Source: Scyliorhinus canicula
Taxonomy: Eukaryota
Direction of reading: 5' to 3'
Assembly (NCBI RefSeq): GCF_902713615.1
Contig: NC_052153.1
Coordinates: 191,255,394-191,319,393, forward strand
DNA: 64,000 bases
Below the pieces are notes generated by a model, which saw only the letters and a list, made by a program, of their open reading frames with translations, was not told the DNA's origin and did no database searches. Of the stretch, positions 12,418 to 24,522 are shown piece by piece. Position 1 is the first letter of the stretch. Every line of letters starts with the position of its first letter. The position numbers were made by a program, and so were the translations under genes.

Positions 12418-14744
12418 CAGGTAACTTGGTTACGGTTTGCATCAATCAGTATTACCTGGCTTGTCCCACAAGATAAACCGGCGGTGGGTAGGAATTACAG
12501 TGGGGATTTTGGATGCTGATCATCGCAAACATGTACCTCAAAGAACCAAAGAAAGGTTAGAGCACAGAAAGAGGCCATTTGTCCTGTTATGCCAGTGCAG
12601 GTTCTCTCCATTCCCCTGTCCTTTCCTGTAGCCCTGCAAAATGTTCCTTTTCCGACAAGGTGAAGTGAGAGTGACTGCTGTTGACATTAAGGCAGGATTT
12701 GACCGAGTGTGGCATCAAGGAGCCCGAGCTAAATTGGAGTCAATGGGAATCAGGGGGAAAACTCTCCGCTGGTTGGAGTCATACCTGGCACAAAGGTTGT
12801 GGTGGTTGGACGTCAATCATCTCAGCTCCAGGACATTACTGCGGAGTTCCTCCTGGTAGTATCCTCGGCCCAACCATCTTCAGCTGCTTCATTGATGACT
12901 TTCCTTCCATCATAAGGTCAGAAGTGGGATGTTCGCTGATGACTGCACAATGTTCAGCACCATTCGCGATTCCTCAGCAGGTCAGAGTTGAGGAATCCTG
13001 CAGCAAGTAAACTCACCTCCTGACTCCCCAAAGCTTGTCCATCATCTCCAGGCACAAGTCATGAGTGTAATGGAATACTCTCCACTTGCCTGGATGAGTG
13101 CAGCTCCAACAACACTTAAGAACTCGACACCATCTAGGACAAAGCAGTTGGCTTTATTGGTACCCCTTCCACAAACATTCAACCCCTTCACCACCGACGC
13201 ACAGTAGCAGTGGTGTGTACCATCTACAAGATGACTTTACCAAGGCTCCTTTGGCAAGCACCTTCCAAAACCCATGACCGCTATGATCTAGAAGGACAAG
13301 GGCAGCAAATACCTGGGAACCCCACCAACTGGAGGTTCCCCTCCAAGCCAAGCACCATCCTGACTTGGCAATATATCGGCCGTTCCTTCACTGTCCTGGA
13401 ACTCCCTCTCTAACAGCACAGTGGGTGTACCTATGCCACATGGACAGCAGCGGCTCAAGAAGGCAGCTCACCACCACCTTCTCGAGGTAAATTAGGAATG
13501 GGCAATAATCATTGGCCTCACTGCCAATGTCCACATCCCATTAATAATTTTCTATTAATTATCCAATTTCCTTTTGAAAACCCCCAGTTCTATCTGCCTC
13601 CACCACACTCTCGTGCAGACTCTCAACATTCACTCCGTAAAAATATAAACTAAAAAGTTTTTTTTTCATTTCCCTTTTGCCAATCACCTTGGATCCTCTG
13701 GTTCTCAATCCCTCCACCAATGGGAACAGTTTCTCCCTATCGACTCTGTCCAGACCCCTCGTTATTTTGAATACTTCCAACAAATCTCCGCTCAACTTTC
13801 TGTTCTCCATGGAGAACAGTCCCAATTTCCCCGAACTAACCTCCTAACTGAATCGCCTCACCCCGGGAACCATTGTGGTGAATCTTTTCACGTTCTCATC
13901 AGCGTCTTTGCACCCTTACTAAATTGTTTTGCTCGGAAACTCCCACAAGATGCTCCATCTGTTGTTGGCCAGCAGCACACTCGTAATATCTTTTGGCAAC
14001 ATCGATGAGTCTCCCAGCCAGTAGATACTGAGAGGGTGATAGGAATGAAGAGCAGTGGAACAATTGGAACGAACAAAAGAGAAAATGCTGGACAATCTCA
14101 GCAGCTTTGGCAGTATCTGAGCAGAGAGAGGGAAGGGAGCTGGCATTTCGGGTCTGGGTGACTCCTTACTGAGAGAGTGTTGCACGGTCGGAGATACGGT
14201 GCTAGATTCTCCGATTCTGCGGCTATGTCCACAGGATCCATCTGGTCTTACCACCATAAAGTCGTCGGCTCTCCCGCAATGATCCTCCGTCCATGGGGGG
14301 GGGGGGGGAGGCTAGCAGCCACTGTGGCGGTTGTGCTGTGCAACATGGCGCCGGCCACATGCACACACGGCCTGCCAAAAACTGCCCCCCTGTAACCAGC
14401 TTCCCCCCCCCCCCCCTGACCAACCCCCACCAGTTCCCCCAGCCTCCAACAAAGCCTCTCCTGGCTGCAGAATGGCACACTCCCCAGACTGGCGGCTCTG
14501 GACTCGGGTCCCCGAACGGTGAGAGCACACGTGTCCCACGCCGGCGGGGACTCGATCCATCAGGGGCGGCGCATCGGGGGAGGGCCTCAGGTGATGTACA
14601 CGGCACGCGGCGTGCTCGACAGGTTGCCATTTTTAGGGGGCGGAGCATCGCAAAAACGGCGCCACCCCCGATTTCGGCGTAAACGGAGATTCTCCGGTCA
14701 ATTGGCGAACGCGATTTCGGGGTCTGCGATGCCGTCTTTAGTTT

Positions 14745-15052
14745 TTAAGATGTTACAGTGAGGCCCAGTCTGACTGCTCGGGGATGTCAAAGATCTCATC
14801 CCCCTACTTAGAAGAAGAGCAGTGGGCATTCTCCTCAGCGCCCTGGCCAATGTTTATGCCTTAGTAAAGATGAGCGTTATTTGATCGGTATCACGTTGCC
14901 ATTTGTGGGATCTTGCTGTGCGGAAATTGGCTGCTGCGTCACAGGAGCGGCTGCACTTAAAAAAAAAAAAAAAAAAAGGACCTCATTGGTCGTGGAGTGC
15001 TTTGAGTTGTCCCAAGGCGGTGAGAAGCGCTAGGTAAATGCAGGTCTTTGCA
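14745..15052 (+). mobile_element. LF-SINE-like element. Other fragments at about 6480-6790 (-), 35225-36140 (+, split by Rex1) and 49090-49260 (-)
   Basis: gaagaagagcag...ctggccaat...tttgtgggatcttgctgtgcggaaattggctgc...ctgcactt...aaatgcaggtcttt, matching the recalled LF-SINE consensus. Confidence 0.65.
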
Positions 15053-15104
15053 TTCTCGCCCAACTGATCCAATTCACTGGCCTAATCTTCCTTCTGTTGT
15101 GTAG

Positions 15105-15208
15105 CCTCACAGGGCTGAAGAAGTTCTACTCTCTCTCCTACCTGTGGTACAGTGGGCACAACGCAGCCACCGTGGTCATCGTGGGACTGCTGGTCAGCTT
15201 CCTAACAG
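15105..15208 (+). CDS. SLC5A6: SLC5A6 coding exon: (S)[34 protein letters not shown]
   Basis: Acceptor ttgtgtag|, donor |gtaacg, 104 nt, phase 2 to 1. Matches human [29 protein letters not shown]. Confidence 0.96.
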
Positions 15209-15668
15209 GTAACGTACCAGATTGTTCAGTTTGTCAAAGCATTGCCGCGGCAACCTCCTGATTCAGCTTCCCTGTCTCCATCACGGTTGTGTTACTGGCT
15301 GAGTCATCCACAGAGTGGGAGTTCAAATTGTGGTTTGTGATGTTAAATTCAGTTCCAGTAGCACAAAGATTATCATGACTGGCTCCCTAATATTTTGTCG
15401 TGAAGGGTGTGCGCCACCCTTGACCAGTCTGGCTTGTAAGTGACTCGGCCCCAAATCTGACCCTAAATTGATCTCTGACTTGACCTCACCAGTGTAAGTT
15501 GTACCAAACCGCAACAACACAGCAGTTCCAGAAGACCCACCACCAGCTCCTGAAGAGCAATGGTAGATGGGCAATGAATGGGTAGAACCCAAGGCTACAC
15601 GTTTGTAAAGGTTTCTGAAGTGGCGCTGGCAGAATCTCCTGAGGTCTTTCACAAGAGGAGACACTGTT

Positions 15669-18600
15669 GAGAGAGCGAGAACGAGAGAGAGCGCGAGCCA
15701 GAGAGAGCGAGAGCCGGGGAGAGCGCGAGAGCCGGGAAGAGCGCGAGAGCCGTAGAGAGAGCGCGAGAGCCGTAGAGAGAGAGCGCGAGAGCCGTAGAGA
15801 GAGCGCGAGAGCCGTAGAGAGAGCGCGAGAGCCGTAGAGAGAGCACGAGAGTCGTAGAGAGAGAGCGCGAGAGTCGTAGAGAGAGAGCGCGAGAGCCGTA
15901 GAGAGAGCGCGAGAGCCGTAGAGAGAGCGCGAGAGCCGTAGAGAGAGCGCGAGAGCCGTAGAGAGAGCGCGAGAGCCGTAGAGAGAGCGCGAGAGCCGTA
16001 GAGAGAGCGCGAGAGCCGTAGAGAGAGCGCGAGAGCCGTAGAGAGAGCGCGAGAGCCGTAGAGAGAGCGCGAGAGCCGTAGAGAGAGCGCGAGAGCCGTA
16101 GGAGAGCGCGAGGCCGTAGGGAGAGCGCGAGAGCCGTAGAGAGAGCGCGAGAGCCGTAGAGAGAGCGCGAGAGCCGTAGAGAGAGCGCGAGAGCCGTAGA
16201 GAGAGCGCGAGAGCCGTAGAGAGAGCGCGAGAGCCGTAGAGAGAGCGCGAGAGCCGTAGAGAGAGCGCGAGAGCCGTAGAGAGAGCGCGAGAGCCGTAGA
16301 GAGAGCGCGAGAGCCGTAGAGAGAGCGCGAGAGCCGTAGAGAGAGCGCGAGAGCCGTAGAGAGAGCGCGAGAGCCGTAGAGAGAGAGAGAGCGCGAGAGC
16401 CGTAGAGAGAGAGCGCGAGAGCCGTAGAGAGAGAGAGCGCGAGAGCCGTAGAGAGAGAGCGCGAGAGCCGTAGAGAGAGAGCGCGAGAGCCGTAGAGAGA
16501 GAGCGCGAGAGCCGGAGAGAGAGAGCGCGAGAGCCGGAGAGAGAGAGCGCGAGAGCCGGAGAGAGAGAGCGCGAGAGCCGTAGAGAGAGAGCGCGAGAGC
16601 CGTAGAGAGAGAGCGCGAGAGCCGTAGAGAGAGAGCGCGAGAGCCGTAGAGAGAGAGCGCGAGAGCCGTAGAGAGAGAGCGCGAGAGCCGTAGAGAGAGA
16701 GCGCGAGAGCCGTAGAGAGAGAGAGCGCGAGAGCCGTAGAGAGAGAGCGCGAGAGCCGTAGAGAGAGAGCGCGAGAGCCGTAGAGAGAGAGCGCGAGAGC
16801 CGTAGAGAGAGAGCGCGAGAGCCGTAGAGAGAGCGCGAGAGCCGTAGTGAGAGCGCGAGAGCCGTAGAGAGAGCGCGAGAGCCGTAGAGAGAGCGCGAGA
16901 GCCGTAGAGAGAGCGCGAGAGCCGTAGAGAGAGAGCGCGAGAGCCGTAGAGAGAGAGCGCGAGAGCCGTAGAGAGAGAGCGCGAGAGCCGTAGAGAGAGA
17001 GGGAGCCGGAGAGAGAGAGCGAGAGAGGGAGCCGGAGAGAGAGAGCGCGAGAGCCGTAGAGAGAGAGCGCGAGAGCCGTAGAGAGAGAGCGCGAGAGGCC
17101 GTAGATAGAGAGAGCGCGAGAGCCGTAGAGAGAGAGCGCGAGAGCCGTAGAGAGAGAGCGCGAGAGCCGTAAGAGAGAGAGCGCGAGAGCCGTAGAGAAG
17201 AGAGCGCGAGAAGCCGTAGAGAGAGAGCGCGAGAGCCGTATAGAGAGAGCGCGAGAGCCGTAGAGAGAGCGCGAGAGCCGTAGAGAGAGCGCGAGAGCCG
17301 TAGTGAGAGCGCGAGAGCCGTAGAGAGAGCGCGAGAGCCGTAGAGAGAGCGCGAGAGCCGTAGAGGAGAGCGCGAGAGCCGTAGAGAGAGAGCGCGAGAG
17401 CCGTAGAGAGAGAGCGCGAGAGCCGTAGAGAGAGCGAGAGCCGGAGAGAGAGAGCGCGAGAGCCGTAGAGAGAGAGCGCGAGAGCCGGAGAGAGAGAGCG
17501 CGAGAGCCGTAGAGAGAGAGCGCGAGAGCCGGAGAGAGAGAGCGCGAGAGCCGGAGAGAGAGAGCGCGAGAGCCGGAGAGAGGGAGCGCGAGAGCCGGAG
17601 AGAGGAGCGCGAGAGCCGGAGAGAGGGAGCGCGAGAGCCGGAGAGAGGGAGCGCGAGAGCCGGAGAGAGGGAGCGCGAGAGCCGGAGAGAGGGAGCGCGA
17701 GAGCCGGAGAGAGGGAGCGCGAGAGCCGGAGAGAGGGAGCGCGAGAGCCGGAGAGAGGGAGCGCCAGAGCCGGAGAGAGGGAGCGCCAGAGAGAGAGGGA
17801 GCGCCAGAGAGAGAGGGAGCGCCAGGGAGAGAGGGAGCGCGAGAAAGAGAGGGAGCGCGAGAGCGAGGGAGCGCGAGACGGAGAGAGGGAGCGCGAGACG
17901 GAGAGAGGGAGCGCGAGACGGAGAGAGGGAGCGCGAGACGGAGAGAGGGAGCGCGAGACGGAGAGAGGGAGCGCGAGACGGAGAGAGGGAGCGCGAGACG
18001 GAGAGAGGGAGCGCGAGAGCCGGAGAGAGGGAGCGCGAGAGCCGGAGGGGGAGCGCGAGAGCCGAGAGAGGGGCGCGAGAGCCGGAGAGAGGGAGCGCGA
18101 GAGCCGGAGAGAGGGAGCGCGAGAGCCGGAGAGAGGGAGCGCAGAGCCGGAGAGAGGGAGCGCGAGAGCCGCAGAGAGGGAGCGCGAGAGCCGGGAGAGG
18201 GAGCGCAGAGCCGGAGAGAGGGAGCGCGAAGCCGAGAGAGGGAGCGCGAGAGCCGAGAGAGGGAGCGCGAGAGCCGGAGAGAGGAGCGCGAGAGCCGGAG
18301 AGAGGGAGCGCGAGAGCCGGAGAGAGGGCGCGAGAGCCGGAGAGAGGGAGCGCGAGAGCCGGAGAGAGGGAGCGCGAGAGCCGGAGAGAGGGAGCGCGAG
18401 AGCCAGAGAGGGAGCGCGAGAGCCGGAGAGAGGGAGCGCGAGAGCCGGAGAGAGGGAGCGCGAGAGCCGGAGAGAGGGAGCGCGAGAGCCGGAGAGAGGG
18501 AGCGCGAGAGCCGGAGAGAGGGAGCGCGAGAGCCGGAGAGAGGGACGCGAGAGCCGGAGAGAGGGAGCGCGAGAGCCGGAGAGAGGGAGCGCGAGAGCCG

Positions 18601-21200
18601 GAAGAGAGCGCGAGAGCCGGAGAGAGGGACGCGGGAGCCGGAGAGAGGGAGCGCGAGAGCCGGAGAGAGGGAGCGGGAGACGGAGAGAGGGAGCGCGAGA
18701 CGGAGAGAGGGAGCGCGAGACGGAGAGAGGGAGCGGGAGACGGAGAGAGGGAGCGGGAGACGGAGAGAGGGCGCGCGAGACGGAGAGAGGGAGCGGGAGA
18801 CGGAGAGAGGGAGCGCGCGAGCCGAGAGAGGGAGCGCGCGAGACGGAGAGAGGGGAGCGGGAGACGGAGAGAGGGAGCGCGCGAGACGGAGAGAGGGAGC
18901 GCGAGGCGGAGAGAGGGACGCGCGAGCCGGAGAGAGGAGCGCGCGAGCCGAGAGAGGGAGCGCGCGAGCCGGAGAGAGGGAGCGCGCGAGCCGAGGAGGA
19001 GAGCGCGCGAGCCGGAGAGAGGGGGCGCGCGAGCCGGAGAGAGGGAGCGCGAGAGCCGGAGAGAGGGAGCGCGCGAGCCGGAGAGAGGGAGCGCGCGAGC
19101 CGGAGAGAGGGAGCGCGCGAGCCGGAGAGAGGGAGCGCGCGAGCCGGAGAGAGGGAGCGCGCGAGCCGGAGAGAGGGAGCGCGCGAGCCGGAGAGAGGGG
19201 AGCGCGAACCGGAGAGAGGGAGCGCGCGAGCCGGAGAGAGGGAGCGCGCGAGCCGGAGAGAGGGCGCGCGCGAGCCGGAGAGAGGGGCGCGAGCGGGAGA
19301 GAGCGCGCGAGCCGGAGAGAGGGAGCGCGCGAGCCGGAGAGAGGGAGCGCGCGAGCCGGAGAGAGGGACGCGCGAGCCGAGAGAGGGAGCGCGCGAGCCG
19401 GAGAGAGGGAGCGCGCGAGCCGGAGAGAGGGAGCGCGCGAGCCGGAGAGAGGGAGCGCGCGAGCCGGAGAGAGGGAGCGCGCGAGCCGGAGAGAGGGAGC
19501 GCGCGAGCCGGAGAGAGGGGGCGCGCGAGCCGGGGAGAGGGAGCGCGCGAGCCGGAGAGAGGGGAGCGCGCGAGCCGGAGAGAGGGAGCGCGCGAGCCGG
19601 AGAGAGGGAGCGCGCGAGCCGGAGAGAGGGAGCGCGCGAGCCGGAGAGAGGGAGCGCGCGAGCCGGAGAGAGGGAGCGCGCGAGCCGGAGAGAGGGAGCG
19701 CGCGAGCCGGAGAGAGGGAGCGCGCGAGCCGGAGAGAGGGAGCGCGCGAGCCGGAGAGAGGGAGCGCGCGAGCCGGAGAGAGGGAGCGCGAGAGCCGGAG
19801 AGAGGGAGCGCGAGAGCCGGAGAGAGGGAGCGCGAGAGCCGGAGAGAGGGAGCGCGAGAGACGGAGAGAGGGAGCGCGAGAGACGGAGAGAGGGAGCGAG
19901 AGACGGAGAGGGGGAGCGAGAGACGGAGAGGGGGAGCGAGAGACGGAGAGGGGGAGCGAGAGAGCCGGAAGAGAGGGAGCGGGAGAGGGAGAGAGGGAGC
20001 GCGAGAGCCGAGAGAGGAGCGCGAGAGCCGAGAGAGGGAGGCGAGAGCCGGAGAGAGGAGCGCGAGAGCCGGAGAGAGAGAGGGAGCGCGAGAGCCGGAG
20101 AGCGGGAGCGCGAGACGGAGAGAGGGAGCGCGAGAGACGGAGAGAGGGAGCGCGAGAGACGGAGAGAGGGAGCGCGAGAGACGGAGAGAGGGAGCGCGAG
20201 AGACGGAGAGAGGGAGCGCGAGAGACGGAGAGAGGGAGCGCGAGACGGAGAGAGGGAGCGCGAGAGCGGAGAGAGGGAGCGCGAGAGCCGGAGAGAGGGA
20301 GCGCGAGACGGAGAGAGGGGAGCGCGAGAGCCGGAGAGAGGAGCGCGAGAGCCGGAGAGGGAGCGCGAGAGAGGAGAGAGGGAGCGCGAGAGCCGGAGAG
20401 AGGGAGCGCGAGAGCCGGAGAGAGGGAGCGCGAGAGCCGGAGAGAGGGAGCGCGAGAGCCGGAGAGAGGGAGCGCGAGAGCCGGAGAGAGGGAGCGCGAG
20501 AGCCGGAGAGAGGGAGCGCGAGAGCCGGAGAGAGGGAGCGCGAGAGCCGGAGAGAGGGAGCGCGAGAGCCGGAGAGAGGGAGCGCGAGAGCCGGAGAGAG
20601 GGAGCGCGAGAGCCGGAGAGAGGGAGCGCGAGAGCCGGAGAGAGGGAGCGCGAGAGCCGGAGAGAGGGGAGCGCGAGAGCCGGAGAGAGGGAGCGCGAGA
20701 GCCGGAGAGAGGGAGCGCGAGAGCCGGAGAGAGGGAGCGCGAGAGCCGGAGAGAGGGAGCGCGAGAGCCGGAGAGAGGGAGCGCGAGAGCCGGAGAGAGG
20801 GAGCGCGAGAGCCGGAGAGAGGGAGCGCGAGAGCCGGAGAGAGGGAGCGCGAGAGCCGGAGAGAGGGAGCGCGAGAGCCGGAGAGAGGGAGCGCGAGAGC
20901 CGGAGAGAGGGAGCGCGAGAGCCGGAGAGAGGGAGCGCGAGAGCCGGAGAGAGGGAGCGCGAGAGCCGGAGAGAGGGAGCGCGAGAGCCGGAGAGAGGGA
21001 GCGCGAGAGCCGGAGAGAGGGAGCGCGAGAGCCGGAGAGAGGGAGCGCGAGAGCCGGAGAGAGGGAGCGCGAGAGCCGGAGAGAGGGAGCGCGAGAGCCG
21101 GAGAGAGGGAGCGCGAGAGCCGGAGAGAGGGAGCGCGAGAGCCGGAGAGAGGGAGCGCGAGAGCCGGAGAGAGGGAGCGCGAGAGCCGGAGAGAGGGAGG
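15669..21200 (+). repeat. 5.5-kb purine-rich minisatellite, unit about 18-20 bp (GAGAGAGGGAGCGCGAGAGCCG and variants)
   Basis: Direct tandem repeat with blocks of variant units, inside the SLC5A6 intron 15209-24081. Confidence 0.98.
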
Positions 21201-21239
21201 GACACACACAAGAATTGAAGTGCAGAAGTTGGGAACATG

Positions 21240-23275
21240 GGCTGTCAGGGAAGGACACAAGTGAAATGTGGAACTTGTTCAAGGAACAGGTACTGCGTGT
21301 CTTTGATATGTATGTCCCTGTCAGGCAGGGATGAGATGGTCGAGTGAGGGAACCATGGTTGACAAGAGAGGTTGACTGTCTTGTTAAGAGGAAGAAGGCG
21401 ACTTATGTCAGGCTGAAGAAACAAGGTTCAGACAGGGCGCTGGAGAGATACAAGATAGCCAGGAGGGAACTGAAGAAAGGGATTAGGAGAGCTAAGAGAG
21501 GGCATGAAAAATCTTTGGCGGGTAGGTTCAAGGAAAACCCCAAGGCCTTTTACACATATGTGAGAAATATGAGAATGACTAGAGTGAGGGTAGGTCCGAT
21601 TAAGGACAGTAGCGGGAGATTGTGTATTGAGTCTGAAGAGATAGGAGAGGTCTTGAACAAGTGTTTTTCTTCAGTATTTACAAACGAGAGGGGCCATATT
21701 GTTGGTTAGGACAGCGTGAAGCAGACTGATAAGCTTGAGGAGATACTTGTCAGGAAGGAAGATGTGTTGCGCGTTTTGAAAAACTTGAGGATAGACAAGT
21801 CCCCCGGGCCTGACGGGATATATCCAAGGATTGTATGGGAAGCAAGAAATGAAATTGCAGAGCCGTTGGCAATGATCTTTTCGTCCTCGCTGTCAACAGG
21901 GGTGGTACCAGAGGATTGGAGAGTGGCGAATGTCGTGCCCCTGTTCAAAAAAGGGAATAGGGATAACCCTGGGAATTACAGGCCAGTTAGTCTTACTTCG
22001 GTGGTAGGCAAAGTAATGGAAAGGGTACTGAGGGATAGGATTTCTGAGCATCTGGAAAGGCATTGCTTGATTAGGGATAGTCAGCACGGATTTGTGAGGG
22101 GTAGGTCTTGCCTTACAAGTCTTATTGAATTCTTTGAGGAGGTGACCAAGCATGTGGATGAAGGTAAAGCAGTGGATGTAGTGTACATGGATTTTAGTAA
22201 GGCATTTGATAAGGTTCCCCATGGTAGGCTTATGCAGAAAGTAAGGAGGCATGGGATAGTGGGAAATTTGGCCAGTTGGATAACAAACTGGCTAACCGAT
22301 AGAAGACAGAGAGTGGTGGTGGATGGCAAATATTCAGCCTGGAGCCCAGTTATCAGTGGCGTACCGCAGGGATCAGCTCTGGGTCCTCTGCTGTTTGTGA
22401 TTTTCATTAACGACTTGGATGAGGGAGTTGAAGGGTGGGTCAGTAAATTTGCAGATGATACGAAGATTGGTGGAGTTGTGGATAGTGAGGAGGCCGTTGT
22501 CGGCTTCAAAGAGACATAGATAGAATGCAGAGCTGGGCTGAGAAGTGGCAGATGGAGTTTAACCCTGACAAGTGTGAGGTTGTCCATTTTGGAAGGACAA
22601 ATCTGAATGCGGAATACAGGGTTAATGGTAGGGTTCTTGGCAATGTGGAGGAGCAGAGAGATCTTGGGGTCTATGTTCATAGTTCTTTGAAAGTTGCCAC
22701 TCAAGTGGATAGAGTTGTGAAGAAGGCCTATGGTGTGCTAGCGTTCATTAGCAGAGGGATTGAATTTAAGAGCCGTGAGGTGATGATGCAGCTGTACAAA
22801 ACCTTGGTCAGGCCACATTTGGAGTACTGTGTGCAGTTCTAATCACCTCATTTTAGGAAGGATGTGGAAGCTTTGGAAAAGGTGCAAAGGAGATTTACCA
22901 GGATGTTGCCTGGAATGGAGAGTAGGTCATACGAGGAAAGGTTGAGGGTGCTAGGCCTTTTCTCATTAGAACGGCGAAGGATGAGGGGCGACTTGATAGA
23001 GGTTTATAAGATGATCAGGGGAATAGATAGAGTAGACAGTCAGAGACTTTTTCCCCGGGTGGAACACACCATTACAAGGGGACATAAATTTAAGATAAAT
23101 GGTGGACGATGTAGAGGGGATGTCAGAGGTAGGTTCTTTACCCAGAGAGTAGTGGGGGCATGGAATGCACTGCCTGTGGTAGTAGTTGAGTCGGAAAAGT
23201 TAGGGACCTTCAAGCGGCTATTGGATAGGTACTTGGATTAGGGTAGAATAATGGAGTGTAGGTTAACTTCTTAAG
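21240..23275 (+). mobile_element. CR1/HER1-type LINE ORF2 (RT) fragment with a few stops and frameshifts
   Basis: [62 protein letters not shown]. Confidence 0.95.
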
Positions 23276-24081
23276 GGCAGCACGGTAGCATTGTGGATAG
23301 CACAATTGCTTCACAGCTCCAGGGTCCCAAGTTCGATTTCGACTTGGGTCACTGTCTGTGTGGAGTCTGCACATCCTCCCCGTGACTGCGTGGGTTTCCT
23401 CCGGGCGCTCCGGCTTTCTCCCACAGTCCAAAGATGTGCAGGTTGGGTGGATTGGCCATGAAAAATTGTCCAAAATTCTATGATTAACCTAGGACAAAAG
23501 TTCGGCGCAACATCGTGGGCCGAAGGGCCTGTTCTGTGCTGTATTTCTCTATATATACTACTTCCTATGTGCTGTAGGCATCCAGTACAAGGGGGCAGAA
23601 CCTTAAAATTGGAGCCAGGCTGTCTGGAGATGGTGTCAGGAAGCACGTCGGTTAGTGGAAATCCTGAACTCTCTCTCCAAAAGGCTGCTGCTGCTGGGGA
23701 TCATTGTACAAGTGTCCACACTGAGATTCCTGTCAGCCATGGAATGTTAAAGCTTCTGGCGTCAAGGCGGGTACATGAGTTAAGCTGGAGATCAGCCATA
23801 ATCTAATTTAATGAAGGCACAGGTTTGGAATTTCTGGTGCCTGGCTTTGCAACTCGGTCTTGGATCATGTGACTATCTTTATCGCAGCTGGTCACATTTT
23901 GTTCTTAAACGATCTTTTTTATGTACGTGTGTGTATGTCTGCAAGCGTTACCTGTGGCTAGGTAGTATTTGCTTTTGTGTGTGTGCCTGTCTGTATTAGT
24001 GTGTGCCTGTGTGCGTCCGTGTGTACAAACGCTTTTTATAGAGAGACATTGAATTCGGTGCCTGATCTCTGCACATTCTAG

Positions 24082-24203
24082 GCCCAATGAAAGGGGAGGA
24101 CGTGAATCCGTCGACTGTTGTTCCAGTTCTGCGTTACCTGCTCTTCTTTCTGCCTGGGCGATGCAAGGAGAAGCTGAGCTGTGGGGTTCGCTATCAGCCA
24201 GCG
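24082..24203 (+). CDS. SLC5A6: SLC5A6 penultimate coding exon: (G)PMKGEDVNPSTVVPVLRYLLFFLPGRCKEKLSCGVRYQPA
   Basis: Acceptor acattctag|, donor |gtacgt, 122 nt, phase 1 to 0. Aligns with human [33 protein letters not shown]. Confidence 0.92.
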
Positions 24204-24522
24204 GTACGTACACAACCATTTGATCAGATTTCATTCTCTCCTTCCTTGTGTTAACAAATTGCTTTAATCCCATTTCATAGAATTTACAGTGCAGAAGGAG
24301 GCCATTCGGCCCATCGAGGCGACACCAGCCCCTGAAAGAACACTGACCCCACCTAACCTTTTGGAAACTTAAGGGCAATTTAGCATGGCCAATCCGCCTA
24401 ACAAGCACGTCTTTCAGGACTTGTGGGAGGAAACCGGAGAAGCCGGAGGAAACCCATGCAGACACGGGGAGAACGTACAGACTCTGCACAGACAGTCACC
24501 CGAGGCTGGAATTGAACCTGGG

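Noticed and set aside
15323-21282. Three ORFs of 1877-1971 aa on the - strand
   Set aside because: All three frames are open only because the repeat unit lacks stop codons. The peptides are S/L/R/A/P low-complexity, antisense to an intron, with no domain.
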